64,000 bases of DNA, taken from positions 1-64,000 of IMG/VR virus record IMGVR_UViG_3300046028_006182; one strand, 5' to 3'. The stretch comes from a virus. The position numbers and the translations under genes are program-made. Of this stretch, positions 7,578-17,583 are shown one piece after another (position 1 is the first letter of the stretch; the number at the start of each line of letters is the position of its first letter). A model generated the notes under the pieces. That model saw only the letters and a program-made list of their open reading frames with translations. It searched no databases and had not been told where the DNA came from.

Positions 7578-9077
7578 ATGAGTAAGAGTCATGTGCCAGT
7601 ATTGGAAGGCCTAACGTCAGAGCAGTTTGCTAAGCTGACAAAGGTGAGTAAAGACCCGTTCTTCTTCTCTACCTTTGTAAATATCATCCACCCCATGAGG
7701 GGCAAAGTGCAATTCAAACTATACCCATTTCAAATCTCCGTATTGTGGTGGTTTTTAAAGGAGAGGTTTAATATTGTACTAAAGTTCCGGCAAGCGGGTA
7801 TCACTGAGCTAATAGCGATGTATTGCTTATGGTTAGCAATGTACCATCCCAATAAGAACGTACAGATTATCTCGATAAAAGACCGGGTAGCTAAGAAGGT
7901 ATTGAGGCGTATTAAGTACATGTATAAGCACTTACCCCTATATTTACAAGTCCCCATCGTAAATGGCAGAAAAACTGAATACGGTACAGCTACGGAGATT
8001 GAGTTTGCAAATGGCTCAACAATTACATCTATTCCTACTACGGAAGACGCTGGTAGGTCGGAAGCTGCATCCCTACTGGTTATTGATGAGGGGGCTATTA
8101 TACGTTGGGCTGGTAAAATATGGGCGGCAGCATTCCCAACCCTATCAACGGGTGGTTCAAGTATAGTTAACTCAACCCCATACGGAACAGGCAACTGGTT
8201 CCATAAAACATGGGTTGATGCCTGTTCCGGGGGTAATAATTTTAACCCCATCAGGCTTAGGTGGGATATGCACCCCGAAAGAGATTTAGCTTGGTATACT
8301 GAAATGAGAAACCAGATGGGCGAAAGAAGAACCGCACAAGAGATTGACGGCGACTTTCTAACCTCTGGTTTTAGTGTATTTAATCTAATGGATATACGGG
8401 GCATAGAGGAAGATATTGAGGACTCAATGGTGGAGCTACAGTATGAGGGTAGACTTAGAATATACAATCGACCTATTAAAGGTGCGAAGTATTACATGGG
8501 AGCTGATATAGCTACCGGCCGAGCAAAAGATTACTCGGCTTTTTCTGTAATGAGCCGAGATGGATTAGAAATGGCGTCATTCAAGGGTAAGATTGATACC
8601 TTCGAGTTTGCAGAGCTCATGATGAGGGTAGGTAAAGAGTATAACTTTGCTGAATTAGCCCCAGAGTCAAACGACATAGGCTTAGCCGTTACAAGGAAGA
8701 TACAGGAGGAGCGATACCCCAATCTTTATATGACTAAGAGGCTCCTAAAAAAGAAAGGTAAACATAAACCAGAGGAAAGTGATATACCCGGTTGGTATAC
8801 TACCAGAGCCAATAGGCCTATCATAATAGATAAGCTTGAGGAAGATATAAGGTTGGAGAATGTTACAATACTTGACCCAGAGTTTACCCGAGAAGCCTAC
8901 ACATTCATATATGACAGCCAGAATAGGCCGGTAGCATCAGGCAAAAACAAGAGTGATGACGAGGATGATATGGACGATGATAGCCCTGCTTACTCAGATG
9001 ATGCCATAATGGCTAAAGCAATCACCAATTTTATAAGGCAAGGAAAAGTTAAAGGTATAATAGTAAACCCAGTATAG
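7578..9077 (+). CDS. terL: Terminase large subunit
   Basis: LYPFQ Q-motif, KFRQAGIT Walker A variant, LLVIDE Walker B, STP motif III, nuclease GADIATG...D and SDDAIMA. Confidence 0.95.
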   Translation: MSKSHVPVLEGLTSEQFAKLTKVSKDPFFFSTFVNIIHPMRGKVQFKLYPFQISVLWWFLKERFNIVLKFRQAGITELIAMYCLWLAMYHPNKNVQIISIKDRVAKKVLRRIKYMYKHLPLYLQVPIVNGRKTEYGTATEIEFANGSTITSIPTTEDAGRSEAASLLVIDEGAIIRWAGKIWAAAFPTLSTGGSSIVNSTPYGTGNWFHKTWVDACSGGNNFNPIRLRWDMHPERDLAWYTEMRNQMGERRTAQEIDGDFLTSGFSVFNLMDIRGIEEDIEDSMVELQYEGRLRIYNRPIKGAKYYMGADIATGRAKDYSAFSVMSRDGLEMASFKGKIDTFEFAELMMRVGKEYNFAELAPESNDIGLAVTRKIQEERYPNLYMTKRLLKKKGKHKPEESDIPGWYTTRANRPIIIDKLEEDIRLENVTILDPEFTREAYTFIYDSQNRPVASGKNKSDDEDDMDDDSPAYSDDAIMAKAITNFIRQGKVKGIIVNPV

Positions 9078-9079
9078 TT

Positions 9080-10549
9080 ATGGCATGGTGGAATAACATA
9101 AGAAACCCTTTCGGGAAAGCTGCCGACGGGAATGACGGGAGCCTAGCCCCAGCTACAATAGATGATAAGCGTAAGATAATCTCTAACCTACCAAATGGCA
9201 GAGTATCTGTACCAAATGTAGATTACTCCCAGCATATCGGGGCTTTAAAAGATAATATGCGGTTTATACAGCCGGGCTTTATTCGAGAACTTATACCCCT
9301 TATAAGGGGGCTATCTAGGGGTAATAATGATGTAAGCCAAGCTATACACAATATCGTTAACCTCTGCAACACAGAGCACTCAATTAGTTTTGATGCCAGC
9401 GTATCACCCGAGGAAGCTGACCGGATGATAGAGCACTTGGAGAGGGTTAGGGAAAATTGGGTAGCCGGAGCCGATGGTATTGAGGCTATAACTAACAAGA
9501 TGATTAGCCAAATGATGATTGGTGGAGCTCTTTCAAATGAGTGGGTACCTAAAGAAGACCTTAGCGGAATACATCGGATTGTGTTTGTAAACCCGGAAGA
9601 GATTGAATGGGCTTTAGATAATCGGAGTGAGTGGCACCCGTATCAAATAATAAAGGGTTTGCTATTTAATGAGGGTAGGCCGGTGGAGCAAAGGGTAAAG
9701 CTAAACCCCAATACTTACAAATACTTCGCTATTAACGGGGATGAGGATATTCCCTATGGCTACCCCCCTTACTTATCTGTACTAGACCTACTTGCCCGTA
9801 AGAAGCACATGAATATGAACATTGACTCCGTGATGGAGCTAATGGGTTTACTTGGCTTTTTAGAGGTAACTGTAGAGAAACCTGACCAGAAGAATGGGGA
9901 GGCGGATGAAGCGTATAAGTCCCGTATAGAAAACCAACTCCTTGAAGTAAAATCCGCAGTACAGCAAACATTTAAAGAGGGGGTAGTTACTGGGCATGAG
10001 GGGGACCACAAGTTTGAGTTTCACTCATCCGCTCGTCAAGCATCTGGTATAGAGGCGATAGTACAAAATACCGACTATAATATCGGTAGTGCTTTAAAAC
10101 AGGACTTATCATTACTAGGCCGCTCATACGGTAGTACCGAGACGATGATAACTGTTCTATTCAGTAAGGTATTAGCTGAGCTATCTAACCTCCAGAGGAC
10201 TATTGCAAAGAATTACCAATTTGGGTATGACCTAGAACTAAGGCTAGCAGGCTTTACTAAATTCAAGAAGGTACGGGTTCAGTTCAAAAGGTCTACCCCA
10301 TCTGACGAATTAAAGCACCACCAAGCCGAGGAGATAAAAATAAGAAATCTAAGGGCTTTATATGTACAAGGTATTCTTTCCCAGGATGGCATTGCCCACC
10401 GCATGGGCGTAGATAAGCCAGACCGGAAAGAGCCAAGGGAAATAGAAGACCCCGCTATAGGAGCCGAGAAGAAACAAAAGCGCGAGAAAGACAAGGACAA
10501 GTCTGACCGCAAGGGCACAGAGAAAAAGCAAGAACGCCCTAAAAGCTAA
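9080..10549 (+). CDS. Portal protein
   Basis: 489 aa directly after TerL; YGYPP motif; charged C-terminal tail. Confidence 0.85.
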   Translation: MAWWNNIRNPFGKAADGNDGSLAPATIDDKRKIISNLPNGRVSVPNVDYSQHIGALKDNMRFIQPGFIRELIPLIRGLSRGNNDVSQAIHNIVNLCNTEHSISFDASVSPEEADRMIEHLERVRENWVAGADGIEAITNKMISQMMIGGALSNEWVPKEDLSGIHRIVFVNPEEIEWALDNRSEWHPYQIIKGLLFNEGRPVEQRVKLNPNTYKYFAINGDEDIPYGYPPYLSVLDLLARKKHMNMNIDSVMELMGLLGFLEVTVEKPDQKNGEADEAYKSRIENQLLEVKSAVQQTFKEGVVTGHEGDHKFEFHSSARQASGIEAIVQNTDYNIGSALKQDLSLLGRSYGSTETMITVLFSKVLAELSNLQRTIAKNYQFGYDLELRLAGFTKFKKVRVQFKRSTPSDELKHHQAEEIKIRNLRALYVQGILSQDGIAHRMGVDKPDRKEPREIEDPAIGAEKKQKREKDKDKSDRKGTEKKQERPKS

Positions 10550-10584
10550 CCTCTATTAACAATACCAAACCAATATTCAATAAC

Positions 10585-12087
10585 ATGAGCAAGAGAAACA
10601 TAGACCGCATTACCTTGACCCTAGAGAGGGCAAATATGCTAGGTAACTTACCTGAAGTCATAAGCCTAGAGCAATTTGCTAGGTATGTAGAAAATAAGAA
10701 GGTAGAAGGCTCTAACCTGGGCTTATTTGAGGTAGGTAGCCCTAACTTTGCAACTTATTACCCGGATGTTACTCCCGAAGACCTTACCCCGAAGGATGAC
10801 GACTATGTATACCCTCTATTCCGAGCCCTCTCGGAAGTAGTGGTTAGAAGGTCCTCTAGCCCGATTGATTTCTCTAAAAAAGGGGTTCTAAGAAAATCTT
10901 TATCTTTACTGGATGGGCAAACAGTTTACCCAAACCATGAGGTATTTGTGGGAAATGAGCTGGGGGTAGTATTAAGTAGCGAGTGGCAAAACAGCTATGA
11001 AACTGAGCATGGTACAGTACCAGCAGGGATAATAGTTAAATTAAAGATTGACGGCAAGGCCAGTCCAAAGATAGTACGTAGCATTCAATCCAACCCCCCC
11101 AGCATTCACTCAGTATCGGTGGGGGTAGTATTTGCCTGGGAGCAATCCCATAAAGAGATGAGTACTAATGAGTTCTACACGCATCTTGGTAGCTTTGATA
11201 GTAAAGGTGAACTAATTAGGCGGGTAGTAACAGAGGTCCTTAAGTATGAGGAGATATCTCTTGTTCCACACGGTGCTGACCCCTATGCGCAAAAGGTAGA
11301 TGCCGCAAAAAAGATAGTAAACCCCGAGTATGCTAAGAAGTCGGCTAGCCTATCTGACGAGAAAGGTAAGCCGGTTAATTTTATATATAGCTATAGCTCA
11401 GCCGGGGATTTATACCAGGATTACCTAAAGCTATCAGATAAAGACGATACCATTATTTCAAACAATGAAGATATACTCAAGTCAAATTCCAAACGTATGA
11501 AATTAACACTTACCGAAAAGCTGCAGGCTTTAGTTCAGAACAAAACTATCACCCTGCCCGAGGGTGTTGCAGAGCTTAACGATGATAGCCTAGTAGAGGT
11601 AGCCAACCTTGCCTTAGAAGCTCTAGGGAGCCAACTTACCGGCATGGGCACTTCTTTAGCAGAAGCTACTACCCTATCTGAGAACAGGGCAGCTGAGATT
11701 ACGGAATTAAGGAAAAAGGTTGAGGCTGCAGGTACTGCTGAGCTAACCGATTTACAAAAAGCCAGCATCGCTACTGCCGAGGCCGTATTAGCTTCTACTC
11801 GAGAAGAGGCTGTAAAGAACTACCGACTCGCAAAGGGAGAGGCCGCAATGGACTCACTGATTGAACAAATCAATACTGGCTCTTACCAATTCGTAAAAGA
11901 GATGGCTGCTGCTTTTAAAGCCGACGCTGAAGCTCTTTTCCCGACCAAGTGCCTTGATTGTAACTCCACCAATGTTTCTAAGCTATCATCCCGTAAGGAT
12001 GACTCACCAATCATCCCGGTAAAGTTATCTCACGATGAGGTAATGGCGGCTTTGGAGGCTAGGAAGATAGCTAACAGTAATCTATAA
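10585..12087 (+). CDS. Prohead protease / scaffold fusion
   Basis: His, SVSVG, EEISLVPHGADP protease-like motifs followed by a coiled-coil tail and CxxC. Confidence 0.75.
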   Translation: MSKRNIDRITLTLERANMLGNLPEVISLEQFARYVENKKVEGSNLGLFEVGSPNFATYYPDVTPEDLTPKDDDYVYPLFRALSEVVVRRSSSPIDFSKKGVLRKSLSLLDGQTVYPNHEVFVGNELGVVLSSEWQNSYETEHGTVPAGIIVKLKIDGKASPKIVRSIQSNPPSIHSVSVGVVFAWEQSHKEMSTNEFYTHLGSFDSKGELIRRVVTEVLKYEEISLVPHGADPYAQKVDAAKKIVNPEYAKKSASLSDEKGKPVNFIYSYSSAGDLYQDYLKLSDKDDTIISNNEDILKSNSKRMKLTLTEKLQALVQNKTITLPEGVAELNDDSLVEVANLALEALGSQLTGMGTSLAEATTLSENRAAEITELRKKVEAAGTAELTDLQKASIATAEAVLASTREEAVKNYRLAKGEAAMDSLIEQINTGSYQFVKEMAAAFKADAEALFPTKCLDCNSTNVSKLSSRKDDSPIIPVKLSHDEVMAALEARKIANSNL

Positions 12088-12163
12088 TAACCTATAGCTT
12101 TACTTCTGTATAGACTAGGCCATTAAATATCTATAACTTTAATCCCCATCAAAAAATAACGAC

Positions 12164-12595
12164 ATGCCGAATACAACCGGAACCAAGACAGTGACCCTTT
12201 TCCACAAGGGCCCTCTCCACCAGCCAATTCACCATGAGTTCCAAGTAACAACTGGTGTTAGCGTAAAAGCTGGCCAACCCCTTAAGCTAACCACCGCGGG
12301 TACTGTAACACCCCTGGGCGCTAGTGATGGTAACCACTTACTGATTGGCTATGCTACCAGTGATGCAGCCGCTAGTGAGTATGTAACCGTTGTTACTCGC
12401 TTCCGCTTAATCCTCAATGCTGAGATTAATGCCGACTCTACTGATGCCGGCCCATCCTCATATAAGGGTTTAAGCGTAACCCAAGTTGACCCTACTTTTA
12501 TGAAGTACGGCAATGAGGCTACTGCTGCTAACGTAAATGCCTGGATATTAGCCCCTGGCGATGAGTTTGATGAAACCTTAGTTGGAGTATTGTAA
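12164..12595 (+). CDS. Head decoration / cement protein
   Basis: Small beta-rich protein (VKAGQPLKL, LIGYA) between scaffold and MCP. Confidence 0.7.
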   Translation: MPNTTGTKTVTLFHKGPLHQPIHHEFQVTTGVSVKAGQPLKLTTAGTVTPLGASDGNHLLIGYATSDAAASEYVTVVTRFRLILNAEINADSTDAGPSSYKGLSVTQVDPTFMKYGNEATAANVNAWILAPGDEFDETLVGVL

Positions 12596-12659
12596 TATAC
12601 TTCACCAGGGGTTAAGTTATTGTATATTTAAACCTAAATCCAGAGTAAACTTCTATACC

Positions 12660-13757
12660 ATGCAAAGACAACAAAATAAAGAATTGCTCGGCTCTATCCG
12701 AGAAATGAAAAACGGCTTAGCAAAGCTAAGGGGGGATAAAAATAACCCCAAGGATATTTCAATGAGCGAATATATCCAAACCCGCTTTTCGATGACCCAA
12801 GAGGTATTCTATCATGAAATCGGCATCAACCCATCAGTTGATACCATTAGCCTCCTAGAGAATACTGGCGGCTTTGAGGAATACCGCTTCCTTATACCAG
12901 AGGTACTACGTGATGCAGTAAGCCTTGGCTTACGTAAATCCCCTATCTACCCAAAGGTAATAGCATCGGAGCAAACCATCCCTCAACATGAGATTACACT
13001 ACCCCATATCAACATGAGCGATGCCGCTCCATATAGTGTTGGTGAGGGTGAGACTATCCCATTGGGCTCTGTATCTTTCGGCCAAAAGACCTTGAAGATT
13101 GGGAAGATTGGACGAGGCCTTACTATGACCTATGAGGTTAAGCAGTTTGTTGCCCTAAACATCTTGGCTATCTTCTTGCAAGACTTCGGAGTAAAACTCG
13201 GCCATGCGATTGATACTTTGATGATTGACGTTTTAATTAACGGCGAGCAAGCAAACGGTAGTGAGTCAGCCCCAGTAGTGGGAGTTGCTGCTGCAAATAC
13301 TCTAACCTACAAAGACCTTTTGAAAGTATGGATCCGCATGGGCCGCTTAGGGAAAAGGCCTTCAACTATCATAGCAGGGGAAGATGCTGCTATTGAGACT
13401 TGGGATTTGGACGAGTTTAAACTTCGTAAATCCGGTAACACTGATGCTACATTGCGCATGGAGCAGCCAGTACCAAATAACATCAACTACTTCATCCATG
13501 GGGCAGTGCCTGATGACCAGAGCATCATCATTGACCCATCGGGAACTGTGATAAAGTACAATGCACAGCCTCTGCTTATTGAGATGGACAAAAAGATCTC
13601 CAACCAAACTCATGAGGCTTACGCTTCGTTAACAACAGGGTTCGGCATTGTATACCGCGACTCTCGGGTTATCGTTGATAGCTCATTGGCCTTCTCATCT
13701 AACGGCTTCCCGACCTACATGGACGTAGATGCTCTGGAGGTTGTAAACATCCTGTAA
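12660..13757 (+). CDS. Major capsid protein (HK97 fold); likely start MQRQQ at 12660
   Basis: VGEGETIP, KIGRGLTMTYE, ING motifs; optimised codons; downstream hairpin. Confidence 0.9.
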   Translation: MQRQQNKELLGSIREMKNGLAKLRGDKNNPKDISMSEYIQTRFSMTQEVFYHEIGINPSVDTISLLENTGGFEEYRFLIPEVLRDAVSLGLRKSPIYPKVIASEQTIPQHEITLPHINMSDAAPYSVGEGETIPLGSVSFGQKTLKIGKIGRGLTMTYEVKQFVALNILAIFLQDFGVKLGHAIDTLMIDVLINGEQANGSESAPVVGVAAANTLTYKDLLKVWIRMGRLGKRPSTIIAGEDAAIETWDLDEFKLRKSGNTDATLRMEQPVPNNINYFIHGAVPDDQSIIIDPSGTVIKYNAQPLLIEMDKKISNQTHEAYASLTTGFGIVYRDSRVIVDSSLAFSSNGFPTYMDVDALEVVNIL

Positions 13758-13781
13758 TACCTTAGACACTAACGCTGCTTA

Positions 13782-13816
13782 AAGAGCCTCTATTCCCCCT
13801 TAGGATAGGGGCTCTT
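13782..13816 (+). terminator. Hairpin / probable terminator after MCP
   Basis: AAGAGCCTCTATTC / GGATAGGGGCTCTT stem with a weak U tract. Confidence 0.6.
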
Positions 13817-13887
13817 CTAGCTTTATAGCACTTAAAGCTGATAGTTACACCTTCCTACTTAGTTCATTTACTAGACAATCTACTGCT

Positions 13888-14538
13888 ATGCCCTACTACA
13901 AACTGGTTAACCCCGCTAATACATTCTATGACTCTATCTCTGGTATATACCTCAAGGGCCTTTACCCCGCCTACGTAGCCTCATCTCGGGTTTCAGAAAA
14001 AATCCGTATAGCCCTGGAGTCTGGGCTATTAGTAGCTATACTGGAGGCAGAGTATAACTCATTAACTGACTCCTTACACGACGCTGTTAACCAGTCTAAT
14101 GTATCGTTAGGGGTAATGCCCCCAAACCAGTTTTACTCTGCCGAGTCACAGGTAACAAACTTCCCATCCAATGCCCAGTCAGGCTCTGCTTACTTGGTAA
14201 GTGGTACGCCAGACTCTGAGCTAGAGGGCGTGGAGAATTATTTGCTACTATACAATAACAGCCGAGCTCAATTCTTACTACCCTCAAGTGGCTCGGCTAT
14301 CTGGCTAAAGTCTACAGGAGTAATAATGACCTATAATGGGTCTACTTGGGAAGCAGTTACTGGTACTGAAGCCTCCCCCGATACTATCCTCTCCGGTACT
14401 GGCTACAGATACGTATATAAGCCCGGCAACACCACCAAGGATGAGGAGGGTAATCTACGCTTCTCTTGGGGAGAGGATGCTGAAGTAGTGGAGAAATACA
14501 TTACTGGTGCTTGGGTGGCTCTAAATGAGCCTATCTAA
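13888..14538 (+). CDS. Putative head fibre/spike: N-terminal domain shared with 17584..18087 plus a DUF2793-like domain
   Basis: PSNAQSGSAYLV...FLLPSSGSAIW...TYNGSTW pattern resembles DUF2793. Confidence 0.55.
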   Translation: MPYYKLVNPANTFYDSISGIYLKGLYPAYVASSRVSEKIRIALESGLLVAILEAEYNSLTDSLHDAVNQSNVSLGVMPPNQFYSAESQVTNFPSNAQSGSAYLVSGTPDSELEGVENYLLLYNNSRAQFLLPSSGSAIWLKSTGVIMTYNGSTWEAVTGTEASPDTILSGTGYRYVYKPGNTTKDEEGNLRFSWGEDAEVVEKYITGAWVALNEPI

Positions 14539-14592
14539 TAGCTAGAAACAATCTATACTCTTTTAAGTTAACAGATAAACAAGTATACAAAA

Positions 14593-15789
14593 ATGAGAAA
14601 TTCTAAGGTATTCTTAACAATGCTGCTAATAGTAATTACTAGCATAGAAGCATTTAGCCAAAATGGCATATTTCAAGAGACTACCCAGGTGGGAACCCTT
14701 AAAACCTCCTCCAAGGCAGCGGGTACCGATACTACCCTAGTAGAGGCTTGGAAGAACACAAAGGGGGGCGGAATGGGCTTATCTCTAAAAACTACCGCAG
14801 ACTCCTGCGTATGGGAACTTAATGGTACTTACAACTCCTTTAAGAGCTCTAAACCTATGCTATTCCAGGACCACACCTATATCTCTAGTACTGACTTTAT
14901 ATCTACATCATCATTTAACGACACCTCCCAAGCAGAGGTACGGATTTCATCAGATTACTTTGGGATGGGCTTTCCAGCAGTCAGCTTTAATACGGGTAAT
15001 TTAGAGGGTGATACAACTGGGGTAGATGAGGTTATGGGAATAACAGTATTTGATGGTAGGGTTAATAGTTCATACCTGGGAATGAATATAGGGTATATAA
15101 ACAATGTAACTGGGTATATTAACAGGTTTTCCTTTGCTAATAATGCCTTTAATTGGGATATGAACCCCAAAGATGGAGTAGATAGTATGAGGATAACGGG
15201 AACTAAGCTAGGTATGTTATTTACATCGGACGGCTCAATCACAGTACCAACATCTACCGTTGATATAAGAGGAAGTCTAAGGGTTACGGATGGAACGCAG
15301 GGCGCAGGTAAGGTATTTACCGATGTTACAGGCAGCGGTACTGGCACATGGCAAGACCACACCGCATACGGTGAAATGGGTTTTGGAGATAGCCTTAGAA
15401 CATTAGCACTTACTCAAAACGTATGGAGTGTAGTAACCAACATCGCTAAAAATTTACTAAGCGAGGGTGCAATTAGCTTGCACAACGTAACCTATCAAGC
15501 AGACAGCTTAACAATAGATAGTAGCGGTACTTATCAATTATTCGGCAATCTTTCAGTTGCAGGTACAAATCCGTCAATAATGAAATTTGGTATATTTAAA
15601 AACGGGGTGTTAATGTGTACTTGTACCCAACTAATGGGGTTAGAAAATAATGAAGTTATAGGATTATCATATAATGACATAGCACCATTAGTTAGTGGTG
15701 ATGTGCTTCAATTGGTTTTAATGAATACCGCTAATAATGACGATGCGGATTTGATTAGTGGTAAAATAACGATTAGCAAGATAAGATAA
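14593..15789 (+). CDS. Signal-peptide-bearing trimeric fibre-like protein with a C1q/TNF-like C-terminal domain
   Basis: Signal peptide ending AFS|Q; DIRGSLRVTDGTQGAGKVFT...GTWQ shaft motif; GTYQL...FKNG...LVSGDVLQL head. Confidence 0.6.
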   Translation: MRNSKVFLTMLLIVITSIEAFSQNGIFQETTQVGTLKTSSKAAGTDTTLVEAWKNTKGGGMGLSLKTTADSCVWELNGTYNSFKSSKPMLFQDHTYISSTDFISTSSFNDTSQAEVRISSDYFGMGFPAVSFNTGNLEGDTTGVDEVMGITVFDGRVNSSYLGMNIGYINNVTGYINRFSFANNAFNWDMNPKDGVDSMRITGTKLGMLFTSDGSITVPTSTVDIRGSLRVTDGTQGAGKVFTDVTGSGTGTWQDHTAYGEMGFGDSLRTLALTQNVWSVVTNIAKNLLSEGAISLHNVTYQADSLTIDSSGTYQLFGNLSVAGTNPSIMKFGIFKNGVLMCTCTQLMGLENNEVIGLSYNDIAPLVSGDVLQLVLMNTANNDDADLISGKITISKIR

Positions 15790-15902
15790 TGGGTAGACAG
15801 ATAACATCACAAAAGGGAACGCAATATACTTTAACAGCTCCACGGGGGTTCTAACCAAAAACTCTACATACACCCCCTAATAAAACCTAAAAACCCATTA
15901 CT

Positions 15903-17186
15903 ATGAAAAGATTACTCTCTTTGATGCTGGCTATATCCCTAGCGATTACCCTGCAAGCTTTTACTATAACTAACCACAGCAGCCTAACCAGCAGCATGGC
16001 AAGTGGGACTCTTATACCTGGTGAGTTTTACCAAATCTCAGATAGGAACTCGGTTACATTGCAAGCTATCTCTACTAAGGATGTAAGTAACACTGGCCCG
16101 GCCCAGTTCTTTGTAGCGGATTACCAAGGAGTAGGTAACTACTACCCCGGCCTAGGAACACAGCTTGGCCAGTGGGAGCCTACTATCAGTGCTAGCTTGG
16201 GTAGTATATGTATTTATAATGGGCTACATTGGCGAAATAGCTCAGGTACATCTAGTAATACTCCACCCCCAAGTGACCCTACTAATTGGTACTCGCTTCC
16301 AAAACAAACTAGCAATGGGTATAAGCTAGAGATAAACACTATAACTCTTGACTACCCCGGCTTAGATAGCATCCTAGTTAGGCAGGATAACAGGGGTAAC
16401 TACGTGGAGAAACCCTACTATGAGTACGAATTTATACTTGATAACCCCATAGACCAATTCCAGTGGGGTAATGACTCAGTTTATAATAACACAGTAAAGC
16501 AAGGAGCTATATACTGTTTGAATAACCAGAGGAATGTATTTAACAACAAAGCTCTATCGGGGGGTTTAATTAATGCGGAACTTAACCAAGGCTATATCTC
16601 TAACAATACAACCTCTGATGAGGGCATCCTTGACTTTTTTAATAACACGTACTTTGTGTATGCTAATACCTCTGAGCAGGGTGGTAATATCATTGCTAGA
16701 GATAACTCTGGTTTTATTAGTCTTAACGTAGTTAGGAGCTTTAACTCCGAGATGGAAATCTCGGGAAACTCAGGTAAGATTGACGCTAACCTACTTTTCC
16801 AAGGGCACATGGCGGCAGAGAATAACGGAGATACTGCTAGGATAGCGGGTATTACCATGTTCCATGGCTCATCCGTGAATATCAACAACAACAAAGGAGT
16901 TTGTGGTGCATGGGTACTGACAATTGGTGCGACTGTACTAGCGGATAACAATGAGGGTACTCTTCGATGGCTAACTCTTAGTAACACCTCTACCCTTGAT
17001 GTACAGGGTAATAAGGGCACAGTAGAGAGGCTAAAGCTAGATGGTTTTGGTACTCTACATATCTACAAAGAAAAGCCATTCACTGCCCACTACCTAGAGG
17101 TAGTACTAAAAGATGGCCAAGACTTTACAGTACTGCCAATAACTTCCCAGTACTATGAGTTCTACAAACCCTTTAACCTTAAGTAA
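15903..17186 (+). CDS. Signal-peptide-bearing Asn-rich beta-helix protein (fibre/adhesin-like)
   Basis: MKRLLSLMLAISLAITLQA signal; LIPGEFYQISD motif; repeated xxNNxGxIxxN units. Confidence 0.6.
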   Translation: MKRLLSLMLAISLAITLQAFTITNHSSLTSSMASGTLIPGEFYQISDRNSVTLQAISTKDVSNTGPAQFFVADYQGVGNYYPGLGTQLGQWEPTISASLGSICIYNGLHWRNSSGTSSNTPPPSDPTNWYSLPKQTSNGYKLEINTITLDYPGLDSILVRQDNRGNYVEKPYYEYEFILDNPIDQFQWGNDSVYNNTVKQGAIYCLNNQRNVFNNKALSGGLINAELNQGYISNNTTSDEGILDFFNNTYFVYANTSEQGGNIIARDNSGFISLNVVRSFNSEMEISGNSGKIDANLLFQGHMAAENNGDTARIAGITMFHGSSVNINNNKGVCGAWVLTIGATVLADNNEGTLRWLTLSNTSTLDVQGNKGTVERLKLDGFGTLHIYKEKPFTAHYLEVVLKDGQDFTVLPITSQYYEFYKPFNLK

Positions 17187-17217
17187 TTTATTAATAATAC
17201 TTTAAAACCCCATCACA

Positions 17218-17571
17218 ATGGAAAACACACCCTTGGGTATTGAAACCCTTAAAAAAGCTCTAGGCTTTATGCTAGGGCTAGGTACTGAGCTGGCCTCTGC
17301 TTTAGAGGATGGTAAAGTATCAATGGCAGAAGGCTTAGGCTTTATCGATAACCTATTTGCAATACCAGGTCTAGTTAAGGACCGTAAGCAGCTAGTAGAT
17401 GAGCTTAAAAATCTTTCGGATGACGAGAGGCAAGAGCTATTCACCTATGCTGCCCAAGAGTTTGACCTAGCTAATGACGAAGTTGAGTCAGTAGTTGAAC
17501 AAGCTCTAGCAACTGCCCAGTCAATCCTGGAGTTAGCTATTTCTATCAAGGACTTGAAAAACAAGTCGTAA
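17218..17571 (+). CDS. Hypothetical helical protein (structural region)
   Basis: Strong leader AAAACCCCATCACAATG; amphipathic helices. Confidence 0.75.
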   Translation: MENTPLGIETLKKALGFMLGLGTELASALEDGKVSMAEGLGFIDNLFAIPGLVKDRKQLVDELKNLSDDERQELFTYAAQEFDLANDEVESVVEQALATAQSILELAISIKDLKNKS

Positions 17572-17583
17572 AACCCAGTACCC

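Noticed and set aside
7730-8467. 245-aa antisense ORF in TerL and the other antisense or alternate-frame ORFs in the track
   Set aside because: Shadow ORFs of well-supported genes, with no motifs or independent signals.
12582-12659. N-terminal extension of MCP (likewise 29394-29441, 32247-32273 and 63072-63149)
   Set aside because: These come from upstream alternative starts overlapping neighbouring genes or promoters; downstream ATGs fit better.
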